Source: Myxococcales bacterium
GTDB taxonomy: Bacteria > Myxococcota_A > Polyangia > Polyangiales > Polyangiaceae
Length of the DNA: 29,825 bases
Assembly (NCBI GenBank): GCA_043747615.1
Contig: JAYTOU010000067.1
Coordinates: 1 to 29,825 of the forward strand
Reading direction: 5' to 3'
The notes below the pieces were generated by a model, which saw nothing but the letters and a program-made list of their open reading frames with translations, was not told the DNA's origin and did no database searches. Positions 16,032 through 24,120 of this stretch are shown in pieces. The translations under genes were made by a program, and so were the position numbers. Position 1 is the first letter of the stretch; every line of letters starts with the position of its first letter.

Positions 16032-17603
16032 ATGTCGAAGCTCCGTGTGCTCTCATGTGCGCTTGTTTTCCTCGCTTCGAGCGGCTGCTCGAGTGCGGAG
16101 GTGAGCCCCCGCCTTGAGCAGGTACTCGAGGTCGCCGTGGCATCTCCCGCGGCGTTCGTCCCCACTGCCACGTGGAGTCCGTGCGCGCTCACGACCGAAA
16201 ATACGGATGCGTCGGCGGAGTGCGCGAGTGTCGATGTCCCACTCGACTGGAGCACGCCAGCCGGCGAGAAGATCTCCATCTTCGTCAAGCGCTTGCGCAG
16301 CGTTGGGGTGCGTGGCGCGGTTCGGCCGCACGCCGCCGTGTCCCCCGCCGCGAGCGGAGTCATCTGGTTGCTCGGCGAGAGCCCGGGCTCGTCGGGTGTA
16401 GAGCTCGAGACATTGGCCCACGATCTGCTCGACAAAACCGGAGGAGTTGACGTGTACCTCCCCGACGCACGCGGGACGGGTCGCTCCACGAAGCTCGCTT
16501 GCCCGCCGGAAGAATCACCGCGCAGCCCCGGCGGGATCGCGATCACAACCAGTGAGTGGGTCGGTTGCCTCGCCTCGCTCCGTGAGCAATGGGGCGCGCG
16601 CCTGAGCGCCTTCAGCACGACGCAATCTGCCTACGATCTCAGCGCCATCGCGGCATCTACGGTAACGACCGGGCAGTCCATTTTTTTCTATGGTCGCGGC
16701 TACGGCAGCTACCTGGCGGCGCGCGTGGTGACCGTGAGCGCGACCAAGCCGAGCGGAGTGATCATGGACTCGGCGTGTCTGCCGGGCGCTTGTTACTTTT
16801 CGCAAGAAGACGCGTGGTACGCCGATGCCGGAAAACGCCTGATGAGCGCCTGCGCGGACGATCCGTTCTGCCGCAGCAAGCTGGGAGGCGATCCTTGGGC
16901 GCGCGTCGGGGAGGCACTCGATGTTCTCGATGCGGGCGGCTGCAGGGCACTCGCGGACCACGGAATCGATCGGATCAAGCTCCGCGTTCTGTTCGCCTCT
17001 TACCTCGGCGACTCGGAAAAGCGGGCGCTCATTCCGGCGATTGCCTATCGCATTTTGCGCTGCAGCGAAGGGGATGCGCGCGCGCTCGCAAAGTTCGCGA
17101 CCGATCGAAACGGCCCGGAGCGTATCCCCGCTGCCACCCGCTACCGATCCCAGGCGCTCGCGACGCACATCATTTTTTCGGAGCTCTCGGAGACGGCGCA
17201 TCTTGGCCTCCTCGATCCAGCCGCGGTTTTCGATCCGAGCGATCGCCTGGTTGCCGGCGACTTAGAGGACACGTGGCCGCGGTACGTCGATCTCCTCGCC
17301 CAGTCATGGCCGGCGCGTGAGGTGCCGACGCTCGTCCTTGCCGGCAGGCTCGATCCGGCTTCGTCACTCCGGGAGGACGCCGTTCAGCGCCATTGGCCCA
17401 GCGCGCACGTCGTCAGCTTTCCCGCATCGACGGGAGGCGCGGCGCGCGACGCTTGCGGGCTCACCGTGCTCAGCGATTTTCTCGAGCACGCCGGCTCAGC
17501 GGCGGACGCCTCGTGCGTGACGGGTCTTCGCGCAATGTCGTTTACGACGAGCCCCGCCCTCGCAGGGATCACGTTCGGAACCCAGGATCTCTGGGAAAAT
17601 TAG
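16032..17603 (+). CDS. Lipoprotein of alpha/beta-hydrolase (TAP-like) fold with degenerate catalytic motifs
   Basis: Signal peptide with lipobox (LASSGC) and strong SD. Family landmarks AECASVDVPLDW, DARGTGRSTKLAC and GRLDP are present. The nucleophile elbow reads YGRGYG instead of GxSYG. Confidence 0.85.
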   Translation: MSKLRVLSCALVFLASSGCSSAEVSPRLEQVLEVAVASPAAFVPTATWSPCALTTENTDASAECASVDVPLDWSTPAGEKISIFVKRLRSVGVRGAVRPHAAVSPAASGVIWLLGESPGSSGVELETLAHDLLDKTGGVDVYLPDARGTGRSTKLACPPEESPRSPGGIAITTSEWVGCLASLREQWGARLSAFSTTQSAYDLSAIAASTVTTGQSIFFYGRGYGSYLAARVVTVSATKPSGVIMDSACLPGACYFSQEDAWYADAGKRLMSACADDPFCRSKLGGDPWARVGEALDVLDAGGCRALADHGIDRIKLRVLFASYLGDSEKRALIPAIAYRILRCSEGDARALAKFATDRNGPERIPAATRYRSQALATHIIFSELSETAHLGLLDPAAVFDPSDRLVAGDLEDTWPRYVDLLAQSWPAREVPTLVLAGRLDPASSLREDAVQRHWPSAHVVSFPASTGGAARDACGLTVLSDFLEHAGSAADASCVTGLRAMSFTTSPALAGITFGTQDLWEN

Positions 17604-17617
17604 CCTAGACTACGCAC

Positions 17618-18805
17618 GTGACCCTGGGCACGCGCTCCATCCTTCACGTCGACATGGATGCTTTCTACGCGTCGGTCGAGCAGCGCGATGATCCGAAGCT
17701 GCGCGGTCGGCCACTCATCGTCGGCGGGAGCGCGCGTCGCGGGGTCGTTCTCGCTGCATCCTACGAAGCCCGTCCCTTCGGCGCGCGCTCCGCAATGCCG
17801 ATGGCAGAGGCAATGCGGCGCTGCCCTCAGGCCATCGTGGTTCCTCCGCGCCATGCACGCTACGCGGAGGTGAGCCGGCAGGTGTTTGCGATCTTCGAGC
17901 GCTTCACGCCGCTCGTTCAGGGCTTGTCCCTCGACGAAGCGTTCATCGACGTGACGGAGAGCCGCTCTCTCTTCGGCGACGGAGAAACGATTGCCAAGGC
18001 CATTCGCAAGGCGATTTCGGAGGAGCTCGGGCTCACCGCGTCCGCGGGTGTGGCGCCGTCCAAGTTCGTCGCCAAGATCGCCAGTGATCTGAAGAAGCCC
18101 GACGCTCTCGTGGTCGTGCGCGCCGAGGACGTCGAGTCGTTCCTCGCGCCGCTTCCCATCGAGCGCATGTGGGGGATAGGTCCGAAGACGGCGCCGCGTC
18201 TGCACGCGCTCGGCTACCACACGCTCGGCGATCTCACCCGCGCCGATCCGCGCGCGCTAGAAGCGAACCTCGGCAGCTGGGGTGAGGTGGTGCGCGCGCT
18301 CGCGCGAGGTGACGACGAACGCCACGTCGATCCCGACACAGAAGCAAAATCGATCGGCGCCGAGATCACGTACGACGTCGATCTCCTCGGGCGCGCTGCC
18401 ATCGAACGGACGCTCCTCGCCCACGCGGCTCGCGTAGCCTCGCGACTTTTCGCCGAACGCCTCGCCGCGCGCGTAATCACCGTGAAGCTGAAATACCTGG
18501 ATTTCACGGTGCGAACGCGGCAAGCGACGTTCACCGAGCCGGCGTGCGACACGACGTCTATCTTCGAAGCCGCGCAGACTCTCCTTCCGCGCTTCGCGCT
18601 CGATCGCGCTGTGCGTCTCACGGGCGTGTCCGCGAGCGGATTGGTCGACGCCAATGTGCCGTCCTCGCTCTTCCCCGATCCCCGTGAGCTGCAACGACGA
18701 AGAATAGAAAACGTTGTCGCAGATGTTGCCGGACGCTTTGGTAGCGCGGGGATCACGCGCGCGACGTTGATCGACCGCGCGTCCGAGCGCATCAATAAGC
18801 GCTAA
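17618..18805 (+). CDS. dinB: DNA polymerase IV (Y family)
   Basis: Motifs ILHVDMDAFYASVEQRD, AASYEAR, SLDEAFID, AKIASDLKKPD and WGIGPKT, plus a little-finger domain. Confidence 0.96.
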   Translation: MTLGTRSILHVDMDAFYASVEQRDDPKLRGRPLIVGGSARRGVVLAASYEARPFGARSAMPMAEAMRRCPQAIVVPPRHARYAEVSRQVFAIFERFTPLVQGLSLDEAFIDVTESRSLFGDGETIAKAIRKAISEELGLTASAGVAPSKFVAKIASDLKKPDALVVVRAEDVESFLAPLPIERMWGIGPKTAPRLHALGYHTLGDLTRADPRALEANLGSWGEVVRALARGDDERHVDPDTEAKSIGAEITYDVDLLGRAAIERTLLAHAARVASRLFAERLAARVITVKLKYLDFTVRTRQATFTEPACDTTSIFEAAQTLLPRFALDRAVRLTGVSASGLVDANVPSSLFPDPRELQRRRIENVVADVAGRFGSAGITRATLIDRASERINKR

Positions 18806-18948
18806 ATTACCGTAGAAAACAGGGCTTCTGCGAGGCGTCCCTTCGACAAATTTGGCCCGACGTCGCGAAGCCAGCTAGCCCCGATCAGGTCGAACGAGTC
18901 GGCGCGGAGCACGGCGGCCGAAAAAAATTCTCACGGCGGAGGTGAGCC

Positions 18949-19392
18949 ATGCGCATACCCGAACTGTTTCGGTTGGGACTCGTGTTGTCCGCGATCGCCA
19001 TCGCCCCCTCGGCAGGTGCGAGGGAACATCCGGTCGCCCTCGGAGAAGTGTCGACCGCGGTCGTTCGCGGAGACAGACACCTCGACGCCATGCTGCGCGC
19101 CACTCTCGTGAAGGAGCTCGGCGAGCTCGACTTCAGCCGCGTCCCGGGTGCAGCTCCGGCGATCTTGTCGGTGTCGCTCGTTCGCATGGACAGCGAGACG
19201 ACGTCGAAGGGCAAGGTCGCGACCTGCATCGTCTCCGCCACGCTTCGCACCGCACGCGGCGGCGCCATCTTCGCCATCCTCGAGGGCCGCGCCCACGCCG
19301 AGGATGGAGCCCCGTCGCGCTCGCTCGACGAAAGCCTCCTCAAGTCTGCTGTGCACGGCGCGCTCAACCGCGTGCCGGACGCGCTGAAGTAG
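18949..19392 (+). CDS. Hypothetical exported protein, 147 aa
   Basis: GGAGG SD upstream, hydrophobic N-terminal signal peptide ending in AGA, GC3-rich codons. Confidence 0.75.
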   Translation: MRIPELFRLGLVLSAIAIAPSAGAREHPVALGEVSTAVVRGDRHLDAMLRATLVKELGELDFSRVPGAAPAILSVSLVRMDSETTSKGKVATCIVSATLRTARGGAIFAILEGRAHAEDGAPSRSLDESLLKSAVHGALNRVPDALK

Positions 19393-19401
19393 GCCAAGCT
19401 G

Positions 19402-20130
19402 TTGCACACGCCGAGTGACCGCTGGAGTCATCGCGTTGTGCTCTTCGTCGGCGCGCTCGCGCTGAGCGGATGTCCGGATCCAGAAACCTTGGGAACCCCG
19501 CGCACGATCCCGCGCGGGCAAATCGCTCACACCGTCGCGTTGACCGCGATCGGGAGTCGTGACAACGGCGCTTTCGGCGGCACGTCGGCATTCTCTCCCT
19601 CGCTGCCAACCTATATGTTTCGCCTTGGCCTTGCCGATCGTGTGGACGTGGGCCTTCGCCTTTCACGGCTCACGTCACTAGGGGCAGATGCGAAGATCAA
19701 CTTTCTCCGCGGCCCCCTCGACCTCGCACTTGATCCAGGTTTTGCGTGGTTCGGATCGTTTCCTGCGTCCGAATCTCTCAGTGCGGGCGGCGGTGTTTTT
19801 CCGCGCACCTGCGGGACGCCGAAGTTCTCCGGTTGTCCAAGCCACTTCATGTTTCATCTCCCTTTGATCGTAGGGATCAACATCACGCGCTATTTTTCGA
19901 TCGTCCCGGCTGGCGGGCTCAGCAGCATGTCGATCACCGGTCGCGACCTCGATCGCGCGTTCATCGCCTACGGGCGTGCTGGCCTCGGTTTCGATTTCCG
20001 CATCCGCCAGATCTTCGCGCTCCACCCGGAATTCACGTTGCTCCAGCCGATCGGCGGCGACTCGACGGCGTTCGTCACCGCATCACTCGGATTCAGCTTC
20101 GGCGCGCCTCCAGACTTCGACCACGACTAG
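19402..20130 (+). CDS. Hypothetical lipoprotein with outer-membrane beta-barrel-like C-terminal region
   Basis: Lipobox LALSGC. Alternating amphipathic strands (YMFRLGL, VDVGLRL, GADAKINF, LGFDFRI, FVTASLGFSFG). The TTG start is uncertain. Confidence 0.75.
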   Translation: MHTPSDRWSHRVVLFVGALALSGCPDPETLGTPRTIPRGQIAHTVALTAIGSRDNGAFGGTSAFSPSLPTYMFRLGLADRVDVGLRLSRLTSLGADAKINFLRGPLDLALDPGFAWFGSFPASESLSAGGGVFPRTCGTPKFSGCPSHFMFHLPLIVGINITRYFSIVPAGGLSSMSITGRDLDRAFIAYGRAGLGFDFRIRQIFALHPEFTLLQPIGGDSTAFVTASLGFSFGAPPDFDHD

Positions 20131-20229
20131 CGTTGCGGCGCCCGCGAGCGCGTCCCCGAAGCCTTGAAGTAGCGCGAAACTGAAAGTGAAAAAGAAAAAC
20201 GCGGTACCGAGGCTCGCTCGATTCCGCGC

Positions 20230-20485
20230 TTTCGCGGCCTTCGTTGGGTGATTCACCCGGAGATTCACTCACGCCGCTCCGGTGCTCGCCGTCATGGGGA
20301 CAGCCCGCATCGCGTCGGGCGCGGGAGGAGGCGGCGAAGGTCTTTCTTCTGCCAGGTGGTGACTTCCGCCCACGGCGCGCTCGTAGGCGGGGGAGACCGA
20401 CTGAAAGGCCCTGTCGTCGTTCGAGGACGATCTGTGATTCGTAGGCACGCGCTCAACCCAACGAAGCCGCGAAATTAGGGACATG
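20230..20485 (-). ncRNA. Candidate structured RNA (unclassified) closed by a long terminal inverted repeat
   Basis: 20230-20251 pairs with 20453-20474 (21 Watson-Crick pairs, two 1-nt bulges), with internal hairpins. A sigma54-like promoter lies upstream and a U-rich tract downstream on the minus strand. No family recognised; strand inferred from the promoter. Confidence 0.45.
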
Positions 20486-20495
20486 CGTGGGCCAT

Positions 20496-20511
20496 CGCAC
20501 GACGCGTGCCG
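20496..20511 (-). promoter_or_regulatory. Putative sigma54 (-24/-12) promoter
   Basis: Minus strand reads CGGCACG-CGTC-GTGCG, with GG (20510-20509), N10, GC (20498-20497). Predicted +1 near 20485. Confidence 0.5.
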
Positions 20512-20556
20512 CTGACGGGAAGAACTTAGCCGCCGTTCAACGACCGACCTCGCCGA

Positions 20557-21708
20557 TTACGGCATCGCGTTGATCCAGTCGGTGACGGCCTGCACGCCGG
20601 CGTCGTCTACGATGTGCGTGACGAGCGGCGGCATCTGACCGGTGCCCGGACCGCGAACGCCGTCGACGGCGGGGATCAGACTGTGCGCCGCGTTTCCCTT
20701 CGTGATGCGGAGGAAGCCGGCATCGATGTACGACGCGTAAGGCCCAGGCTGGTTGATTCCTCCATCGAGGACCGCCGTTCGGTACGTGTCCGTGTCCGTC
20801 GGCAGCACCGGCATTCCCGCATCGAAATACGCTTTTGCGCTGAGACGCATGTGCAAGTGGGTGAACGAGGCTGCGGCGGTGTCGCTTGCGTTGTGGCAGG
20901 CAAGACCGCAGTTGGTGTGGAGGAACCCGAGCGCGGGCCCGGCCTTTCCGGCGTCGGTCGCGTCCTCGGGTAGCGTGACGTTCGTGATCGTCGGAGGAGC
21001 GGTGAGGCGCCCTTCGGACTTCAACACAGAGAGCGTGAGCCCAGCGGCAGTCGGGAGGGCGAGGCTGATCGCTTCGAAGCCAAGGAGCCGATCGGCGCTT
21101 CCGCCGTGACACTGAATGCACTGATCGCTGTTTGGGATCTCGTACGTGCCGACCGCGTTGAGGTGACCAAGATCGTTGCGCGTGGCCTTCGAGCCGTCGG
21201 CCGACCACTCGTACGTCGTTGCCGTCCACTGCGACGCGCTGATCTTCCAGAACAGGCGCGTCTCGATCTGCTTGCCCCCGATGCGGAACTCTTTCCACAC
21301 TTTCGTGCCCACCGGAAAGACCCACTGGTCCATGTCCGTGGTGTCGATCTGCGTCGACGGCGGCAGGTAAATGAATCGCTTCTTGGCCGCGCCGTCGCTC
21401 CAAAACTCGATGCCCGGCGTGTAAGGGCGCGCGTCGGCGGAGATCGTCTTCGACGCCCAGTCGGAGTAAAATCCTGTGCATCGCAGCTCCTGCGGGAGAT
21501 CGAGCCCGCTGTCTGCGCAGGGCCCGCCGTCGGTCATCGTCGTCCCGTCTGCCAAGGCATCGCTTCCCTGTTGGGACGCGTCGTTCCCAGCGTCGGTCGG
21601 ATCGGCCGCCGTGCTGCCGCAGCCGGCGTAGAGCGCGGCAGCCGAAGTGATCATCCCCAGCCCCGCAGCAAGTGCGAAGGGCCCCGAAGCGAAGTTACGA
21701 AATTTCAT
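20557..21708 (-). CDS. Diheme c-type cytochrome lipoprotein (SO2930-like)
   Basis: Lipobox ALYAGC. Motifs [19 protein letters not shown] and IETRL; heme motifs CIQCH (21106-21120) and CGLACH (20893-20910); C-terminal QMPP (candidate Met ligand). Start ATG 21708 or GTG 21711. Confidence 0.82.
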   Translation of the reverse strand: MKFRNFASGPFALAAGLGMITSAAALYAGCGSTAADPTDAGNDASQQGSDALADGTTMTDGGPCADSGLDLPQELRCTGFYSDWASKTISADARPYTPGIEFWSDGAAKKRFIYLPPSTQIDTTDMDQWVFPVGTKVWKEFRIGGKQIETRLFWKISASQWTATTYEWSADGSKATRNDLGHLNAVGTYEIPNSDQCIQCHGGSADRLLGFEAISLALPTAAGLTLSVLKSEGRLTAPPTITNVTLPEDATDAGKAGPALGFLHTNCGLACHNASDTAAASFTHLHMRLSAKAYFDAGMPVLPTDTDTYRTAVLDGGINQPGPYASYIDAGFLRITKGNAAHSLIPAVDGVRGPGTGQMPPLVTHIVDDAGVQAVTDWINAMP

Positions 21709-21756
21709 CACAGCTCACATTTTGCGCGAGTCCCCGCTAGAGGTAAAGGACTAGCC

Positions 21757-23472
21757 ATGACCAACGCCATTGCCCCTGAGATTCCGCGGGAATTGCTTCC
21801 TCCCGTGGAAGAAACTTCCTTTGCCGACATTGACGTTGCCGTCGCCCGCGTCGTGTTGAAGAAGGACGATTGGATCGGCGTCGGCATCCCCGAGCGCATC
21901 GCCTACTTGAAAAAGATCACTGAAGGAATTCTCGCCGTCGCCGAGCGATGGGTCGAAGGCGGATGCGCGCTGAAGGGCATCCCTCAGGGCTCTCCGCTCG
22001 CGGGTGAAGAGTGGCTCGCCGGTCCGATGGCCACGCTCCGCAACGTTCGCCTCCTCGCAGAGTCTCTCGCGCAAAACGGTCAGCCCAAGGCCGCGGTCCA
22101 TACGCGCGCCGACGGGCAGAGCGTCGCTCAGGTGTTGCCGCGCAATTTCCAGGACCGCGCCATCTTCAGCGGGATGACCGCCGAGGTGTGGATCGAGCCG
22201 GGAAAACCGGCCTCTCAAGGGGCGATTTACCGCGCGCCGCAGGGCGAAAAAGCGCCCGGCAAAGTCTGTCTCGTTCTCGGTGGGGGCAACGTCTCGTCCA
22301 TTCCACCAATGGATGTACTCTACAAGCTGTTCGTCGAGAATGAAGTCGTCGTTCTGAAGATGAACCCCGTGAACGCGTTCGTCGGCGCTCACCTCGAGCA
22401 GGCATTTCGCGCGCTGATCGACGACGGGTACCTCGCCATCGTCTACGGAGGCGCGGAGGTCGGCGCGTATCTCGCGAAGCATCCGAAGATCGATTCGCTT
22501 CACGTCACCGGATCCGATCGCACCTACGACGCCATCGTGTGGGGAACCGATCCGGTAGAGCGTGCTCGCCGAAAAGCGGCGAACGATCCGCTGAATACCC
22601 GCCCGTTCAGCGCGGAGCTCGGCTGCGTCACGCCGATCCTCGTCGTTCCCGGGCCATGGTCGCACTCCGACCTGGAATTCCAGGCGCGGCACGTGGCTTC
22701 GATGGTTGCGCAAAACGCGAGCTTCAATTGCAACGCCGCGAAGGTGCTGGTCACCGCGAAAGCCTGGCTACAGAGAGGCACGTTCCTCGCAAACGTAGAG
22801 ACGGCGCTCGCCGCCGTCCCCGCGCGAAAGGCTTATTATCCAGGGGCCGAGGCGCGTTACCGCGGCTTCGTTGATCACTACGCGCAAGCGAAAGTGATTG
22901 GGACCGAAGGTGAGGGCGTGGTGCCCTGGACGATCATCCCGGGTGTCTCCACGGATGCAGGCGAGTACGCGCTCACCAACGAAGCGTTCTGCGGAGTGCT
23001 CGCCGAGACGTCACTCCCCGCAGAGGATCCTCGTCAGTTCTTGGAGGAGGCGGTCGCGTTCGCGAACGATCGCTGCTGGGGAACGCTCTCTGTGTGCGTG
23101 CTCGTTCACCCATCGACGGCCGAGATGTACGCCGAGGAGCTCGATCGCGCGGTGGCAGGCCTTCGCTACGGCGGCATCGGGGTTAACTGTTGGCCTGGAA
23201 TGATCTACGCGCTTGGCGTCACGTCTTGGGGCGCGTTTCCCGGACACGATCGCGCGGACATTCGGTCGGGTAGCGGCGTGGTGCACAACACGATGCTCTT
23301 CGATCACCCGCAAAAATCCGTGGTTCGAGCTCCCTTTCGAATGCGCCCGAAGCCTCCGTATTTCTCCGACAACACGAACATGGCCGAGATCGGGAGAAAG
23401 CTCGTGGGTTTCGAAGCCGCGCCCTCGTGGGGCAAGCTCGTCGGCGTCGGCATGGCCGCCATGCGCGGATAG
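21757..23472 (+). CDS. Aldehyde dehydrogenase family protein
   Basis: Motifs LGGGNVSSIP, LKMNPVN, HVTGS, AELGCVTP (general-base Glu), NASFNC (catalytic Cys) and EAF. Start ATG 21757 after AAAGGA; the longer track ORF overlaps the opposite-strand cytochrome. Confidence 0.9.
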   Translation: MTNAIAPEIPRELLPPVEETSFADIDVAVARVVLKKDDWIGVGIPERIAYLKKITEGILAVAERWVEGGCALKGIPQGSPLAGEEWLAGPMATLRNVRLLAESLAQNGQPKAAVHTRADGQSVAQVLPRNFQDRAIFSGMTAEVWIEPGKPASQGAIYRAPQGEKAPGKVCLVLGGGNVSSIPPMDVLYKLFVENEVVVLKMNPVNAFVGAHLEQAFRALIDDGYLAIVYGGAEVGAYLAKHPKIDSLHVTGSDRTYDAIVWGTDPVERARRKAANDPLNTRPFSAELGCVTPILVVPGPWSHSDLEFQARHVASMVAQNASFNCNAAKVLVTAKAWLQRGTFLANVETALAAVPARKAYYPGAEARYRGFVDHYAQAKVIGTEGEGVVPWTIIPGVSTDAGEYALTNEAFCGVLAETSLPAEDPRQFLEEAVAFANDRCWGTLSVCVLVHPSTAEMYAEELDRAVAGLRYGGIGVNCWPGMIYALGVTSWGAFPGHDRADIRSGSGVVHNTMLFDHPQKSVVRAPFRMRPKPPYFSDNTNMAEIGRKLVGFEAAPSWGKLVGVGMAAMRG

Positions 23473-23480
23473 CGCGGCTC

Positions 23481-24092
23481 ATGAAACGCACCATCGCGGT
23501 CGCTGGGACGATCGGCGCGGGAAAGACGTCGCTCGTGGGCTGGCTCGTGAAGCGCTACGGCCTCACTCCGTTCTATGAGCCAAACGAAGCCAATCCCTAC
23601 CTCGCGGACTTCTACCGCGACATGTCGCGCTGGTCGTTCCACTCCCAGTGCTTCTTTCTCGCTCACAAGCTCGAGCTCCACCAGAAGCTCGAGGCGAGCA
23701 CCACTCCGTCGGTGATCGATCGCACCATCTACGAAGACGCGGAAATCTTCGCGAAAAACCTCTACAGCCAGCGCTTGATGGACAAGCGCGACTGGGAAAT
23801 CTATCTCCGTCTCTACGCCGGCATTCGCCGCGCGCTGCGCCCACCGGACGTACTCATAGCTCTCACCTGCTCGTTGGGGACGGCGAAGAAGCGCATCTTG
23901 AAGCGCGGTCGCGCGAGCGAAAAAGAAATCCCCGACGCGTACTTGCGGCGGCTTCATCGTCTCTACACGGAGTGGTTCGACACCTACGATCTCGGTCCCA
24001 TGGTGCGCATCGACACCACGAAGCTCGACTACGTCGAAGACCTGGTCGACCTCATCGAGCTCCGCAGGTTGCTCGACGAAGCGCTCGCTTAA
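23481..24092 (+). CDS. Deoxynucleoside kinase (Dck/Dgk family)
   Basis: P-loop GTIGAGKTS, YEP, DRTIYED and lid RILKRGR. ATG lies 8 nt after the ALDH stop. Confidence 0.93.
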   Translation: MKRTIAVAGTIGAGKTSLVGWLVKRYGLTPFYEPNEANPYLADFYRDMSRWSFHSQCFFLAHKLELHQKLEASTTPSVIDRTIYEDAEIFAKNLYSQRLMDKRDWEIYLRLYAGIRRALRPPDVLIALTCSLGTAKKRILKRGRASEKEIPDAYLRRLHRLYTEWFDTYDLGPMVRIDTTKLDYVEDLVDLIELRRLLDEALA

Positions 24093-24120
24093 CAAGGGCG
24101 AAGATGTCACGAAGGCGGCG

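Noticed and set aside
17618..18805. imuABC mutasome cassette
   Set aside because: The polymerase has intact catalytic motifs (DinB, not ImuB) and no imuA or dnaE2 is adjacent.
20230..20474. Assignment of the structured element as tmRNA, RNase P RNA, SRP RNA, cobalamin riboswitch or CRISPR
   Set aside because: I saw no tRNA-like ends, GAGGAAAGUCC, SRP domain IV motif, B12 box or repeat-spacer periodicity on either strand.
21106..21756. 217-aa N-terminal extension of the ALDH ORF (788 aa in the track)
   Set aside because: Overlaps the opposite-strand cytochrome gene; start placed at 21757.
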